64,000 bases of DNA, from positions 9,486,001 to 9,550,000 of the forward strand of contig JBHGNT010000011.1 in NCBI GenBank assembly GCA_043228905.1. The letters are read 5' to 3'. Of this stretch, positions 60,791 through 64,000 are shown piece by piece. The first letter of the stretch is position 1. Each line of letters opens with the position of its first letter. The notes under the pieces were generated by a model that did not search any database, was not told the origin of the DNA, and saw only the letters and a program-made list of their open reading frames with translations. This stretch comes from Azolla caroliniana (taxonomy: Eukaryota; Plantae; Polypodiophyta). The translations under genes and the position numbers were made by a program.

Positions 60791-63700
60791 TGTTGCCGAT
60801 TAGGAACACGGTCCGCGGTCAGTCCTTCGACCTAGACCTCAAAGTGGGTGTGGAACAACGAACAGGTGTTTAAGTGTAATGCATAGGGGAAGAATCCTTG
60901 TAACCTATCAGTGCATAAGGGAGACGGCTACAACCGAAACCCTATCACGGGTTACACTTACGTACTTAAACGCTTAGGTTTTCAAGACACACAGAGTGCA
61001 TTAGCCGTAGCTATACACAGGAAATCAGAGAACATAGAATTCTATTATCCGACGTTTCTTTACATTCCCCAAAATTACACGCCTCCATGAGAGGTTTTCT
61101 GCCCTTTATATACGGAGGGTCTATTTAGCCATTCACACTTCCTGTGTGAACCGTTACATGTGTTATGTTCTTATATAATTTCTTATTCCTACGCTTTTGT
61201 CCGTCGGTTACTATTCCAGCGGACAACACTTGGCATGCCTGTGGGACAGTGACCTGGCACATCAGACCCATCCCGTTAATCCTCTTCCAAAATGGCCCGG
61301 ATGTTCGGCTCTACTACGGTGTCCGCATCCGGAGGTGACGTAGGGCCCGTAGGTGCATCGTGGTGTGGCTCTTCTGTTTGATCAGGTTGGTTTCTCCCAG
61401 AGTCGCTGTCGCCGTGTGTGGGCGGTCCGGGTACGGCGGGCTCTTCTTGAGCTAGTGGGTTGGGCTCCGCCGTCGTCGTGCTTGCAGTCGGTTGCGGCTC
61501 TGCCTCCATTGTTACGTCCTCCGTGGTGTCAGCCGTTTTTGTATGTTCTGAGGAGTGGGGCGGAGATTCCGCCTGGTCCTCATCGTCGCTCTTCGTTGTT
61601 TGTGTTAGGGCACGCTCGATCATCTGGCGTTCCGCATGCTCTTCGGCCATTTGTTGGGCGGCTTTTACCTGTTGCGTTGCTAGGAACTCCATGAACTCAA
61701 AAGAAGTACCAAACTGCAAGAGGGCGCTGAACTCGTGGGCTTTATCCGGAATATCCGGATATGCCAAAACCTCGCTTTCCGCCGTCAATACGGCTTTCCC
61801 TCGTTGGGACTGGGTCGTAATAATCGGCCGTGGCTCCCGGATGACTTCGAAGGTGGTATTGGGTTCCGCTGCTGTGGAGCCATTGCCTTCGGTTGGTGTC
61901 TCTGTTGCCGTAGGGGCATTTTTTACCAAACCCCACCCATCTTTCCTGTCCAATCTGCACCGTTTTGGTCTGGGGCTTTCTCGCCGTGTTTCGGTGTCAG
62001 GCTCTAGGGCTGCTTCCATTGAACATGTCGGTTGTTCCTCCTACGTTGTCCGTGTGTCCGGCTGGTCGGAAGGAGGTGTTGTCCTTGGGTCTGGCTGGGC
62101 GGGTTGGTGTTCCTCTTCCCACTCTAGGGCCGATAACTCCGCTAACCTACGTTTCGCGTATCGGGGCGGGCAGTGGGTTGGCTGGGTTGCGGTGCCGGCA
62201 GGCCTCGGGGTGGAAATAGTACCGTAAGGTATTGTTGGATGATCGGCCTGAGCTTTTTGCCTACTTGGTACGCCTGCAAGCCTTCCCTTAACGCTGGCCC
62301 TGTGATGACCCCCCAGTCGACGGCACGCCCTTCAAAGGTATCGATAATGATGCCCGCCTTCTGCTTATGCATCCCATATGCGTTGACATGTACGCAGCCG
62401 ACTTCTAGCAGGAACTTGGCAACTTCACGGAAGAAGGGATTTGGAATCTGCTTCGTTCTATAGGCCTTGGCGGAGGAGGAATATGGACCAAAATACCGCT
62501 GCAGCGCCTCTGCAGGAGGTATTTCAAAATGTCTTTCTCTTAGTGAGGATAGGTCCAACTTCTTCCGGATGGAAGAGTTTGTGACCGTGTCGATGTTAAG
62601 CTTCCTGGCGATGTCCATGGCATCCGGGTGCGGAGGTGCTTTTGCGACCCGGATGTAACCATCCAGGTGTTTCTCCACGAGCCATCGGCGTAGGGCAGTA
62701 GAGATGAAGATCGGCATCGCCAGAGTAGGTTCGTGGGGAGGAGACGGGTGGTTGCGATGAGTTAGAGCTCTGTGATAGAATGGGGGAGAAGGTGAGAGGG
62801 AGGAGCGATGGGAGCGCTGATAGCTAGAAGATGGGTTTCTGCTGTGTGCAGAAAATCTTCTGTTTCCTTCTTTTTGTGGCTTAGGGTTCATTGGGCGGTG
62901 AGCCATCGTGGTGTCGCGTGTTCTTGAACTAGGAGTTTGTGCATGCCTTTAGTCGTTTTAATAGTCGCTATCTTCTCCTTTTTATTTTTTCTTTTCTTTT
63001 CTTTTTTTTCTTTTTTTCGTAACGGTTATTTACAACCTATGTTTACATTATAGTACAAGTGGGGTTGTCCATTTTATGCTGTGGGTTCTTCGGCGCTGTC
63101 CCGTTCGGCCGTGAATGGGTTAGGTGGTGTCGGGCCTAAGTAAGGTTTGAGCCGAAACCCATTCACCTTTTGCCGTACTACTTCTCTAGCCAGCGTACCT
63201 AGTTGGAACGTGCCTTGTTCCGTTCCAATTATCCAGTACAGGCTGGTCCAGCGGAAACATAATTTTTCCCGGCATATGGCCCATGCGCGTTTGAAAAACT
63301 AGCACCGCTTGACCCACGACGAACTCCTTTTCCCTTGCGTTTTGATGTCGATCCACAAATGCTTGACGCCGTCGCTGTTCTTGTTCCAACACAGCCATGA
63401 TGTGGACGCGTTTTTCCCCTAGTTTGAGGAGTTGGTAGAGCCGTACCTCCTCCGACTTGACTTCTAATAATCGGTTCCGTACCTGAATGCGCAAACTAGG
63501 GACCTGAAATTCGACCGGCATCACAACCTCCAGTCCAAACGCTAGTCGAAACGGTGTTGACTGTATGCTTGTTTTGTAGCTGGTTCTGTACGCCCATAAC
63601 GCACTCTGTAGTTTAGTATCCCAGTCCGTTCTATTTTCATTGACGGTTTTCTTCAAAATGGTCTATAGTGTCTTGTTGGTGGATTCTGCTAATCCATTCG

Positions 63701-64000
63701 CCTGTGGATAATATGGCGTGCTCTTCTTATGGACTACGACATAATGATGTGTTAGTTCCCGAACCACCGAATTGAGAAAGTGACTCCCCTGGTCACTGAT
63801 GAGCTCAATCGAGCAGCCGAATCGGCACCAGATGTGCTCGTAAAGGAATCTGGTTGTGACGGCCGCCGTATTTTCACGTAGTGCCTTTGCTTCTACCCAT
63901 TTGGTGCAGTAATCCGTGGCTACCAATATGTATTTATTGCCCGTACGGGCCGCCGCTAGTGTGAAGGACCCTACAAAATCCAAACCCCACTTTTGGAAGG
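60791..64000 (-). mobile_element. Non-chromovirus Ty3/gypsy element J (diverged relative of G): 3' LTR 60791-61228, extra ORF, integrase; continues right of window
   Basis: TGTTG...CAACA LTR; IN DFVGSF...TDYCTKWVEAKAL...YYPQANGLAES as in G; extra ORF 61276-62906. Confidence 0.9.
61276..62906 (-). pseudogene. Extra 3' ORF of J
   Basis: WLVEKHLDGYI...YFGPYS...FREVAKFL...KAGIIIDTFEGRAVDW aligns by eye with G WLQQHGLEGFL...YFGEYS...FQEIARVL...RAGLIIATYEGVKVDW. Confidence 0.8.

Overview
Gene-free eukaryotic heterochromatin made almost entirely of nested transposable elements. It is most likely from a non-seed land plant such as a fern (inferred from Tcn1-type chromoviruses, a PLS-class PPR fragment and a Penelope-like element). 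I resolve 12 LTR retrotransposon copies (7 Ty3/gypsy, 5 Ty1/copia), one solo-LTR-like insert, a ~40-kb Mutator-like element (TIRs 9393-9553 and 49186-49345) carrying a captured PPR fragment, and TA/CA-rich satellite. Nesting: copiaD<-copiaC<-gypsyB1<-gypsyA (1-7514); MULE<-[gypsyB2<-soloLTR] and MULE<-[gypsyE<-copiaF, gypsyE<-gypsyG<-PLE]; copiaI<-copiaH, copiaI<-gypsyK<-gypsyJ. Most notable: (1) a complete endonuclease-less Penelope-like element (36946-42800) with hammerhead-ribozyme motifs in both terminal repeats, a large ORF1 joined to RT by a candidate -1 frameshift signal, and no TSD; (2) two diverged non-chromovirus gypsy elements with no polypurine tract but a tRNA-3'-end-like sequence 2 nt from the 3' LTR, suggesting tRNA-primed plus-strand synthesis; (3) two chromovirus families with co-varying Tf1-type self-priming PBSs; (4) an aberrant LTR integration with a retained PPT and ~65-bp flank duplication. 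Element letters are my labels; boundaries were read by eye and may be off by a few bases.
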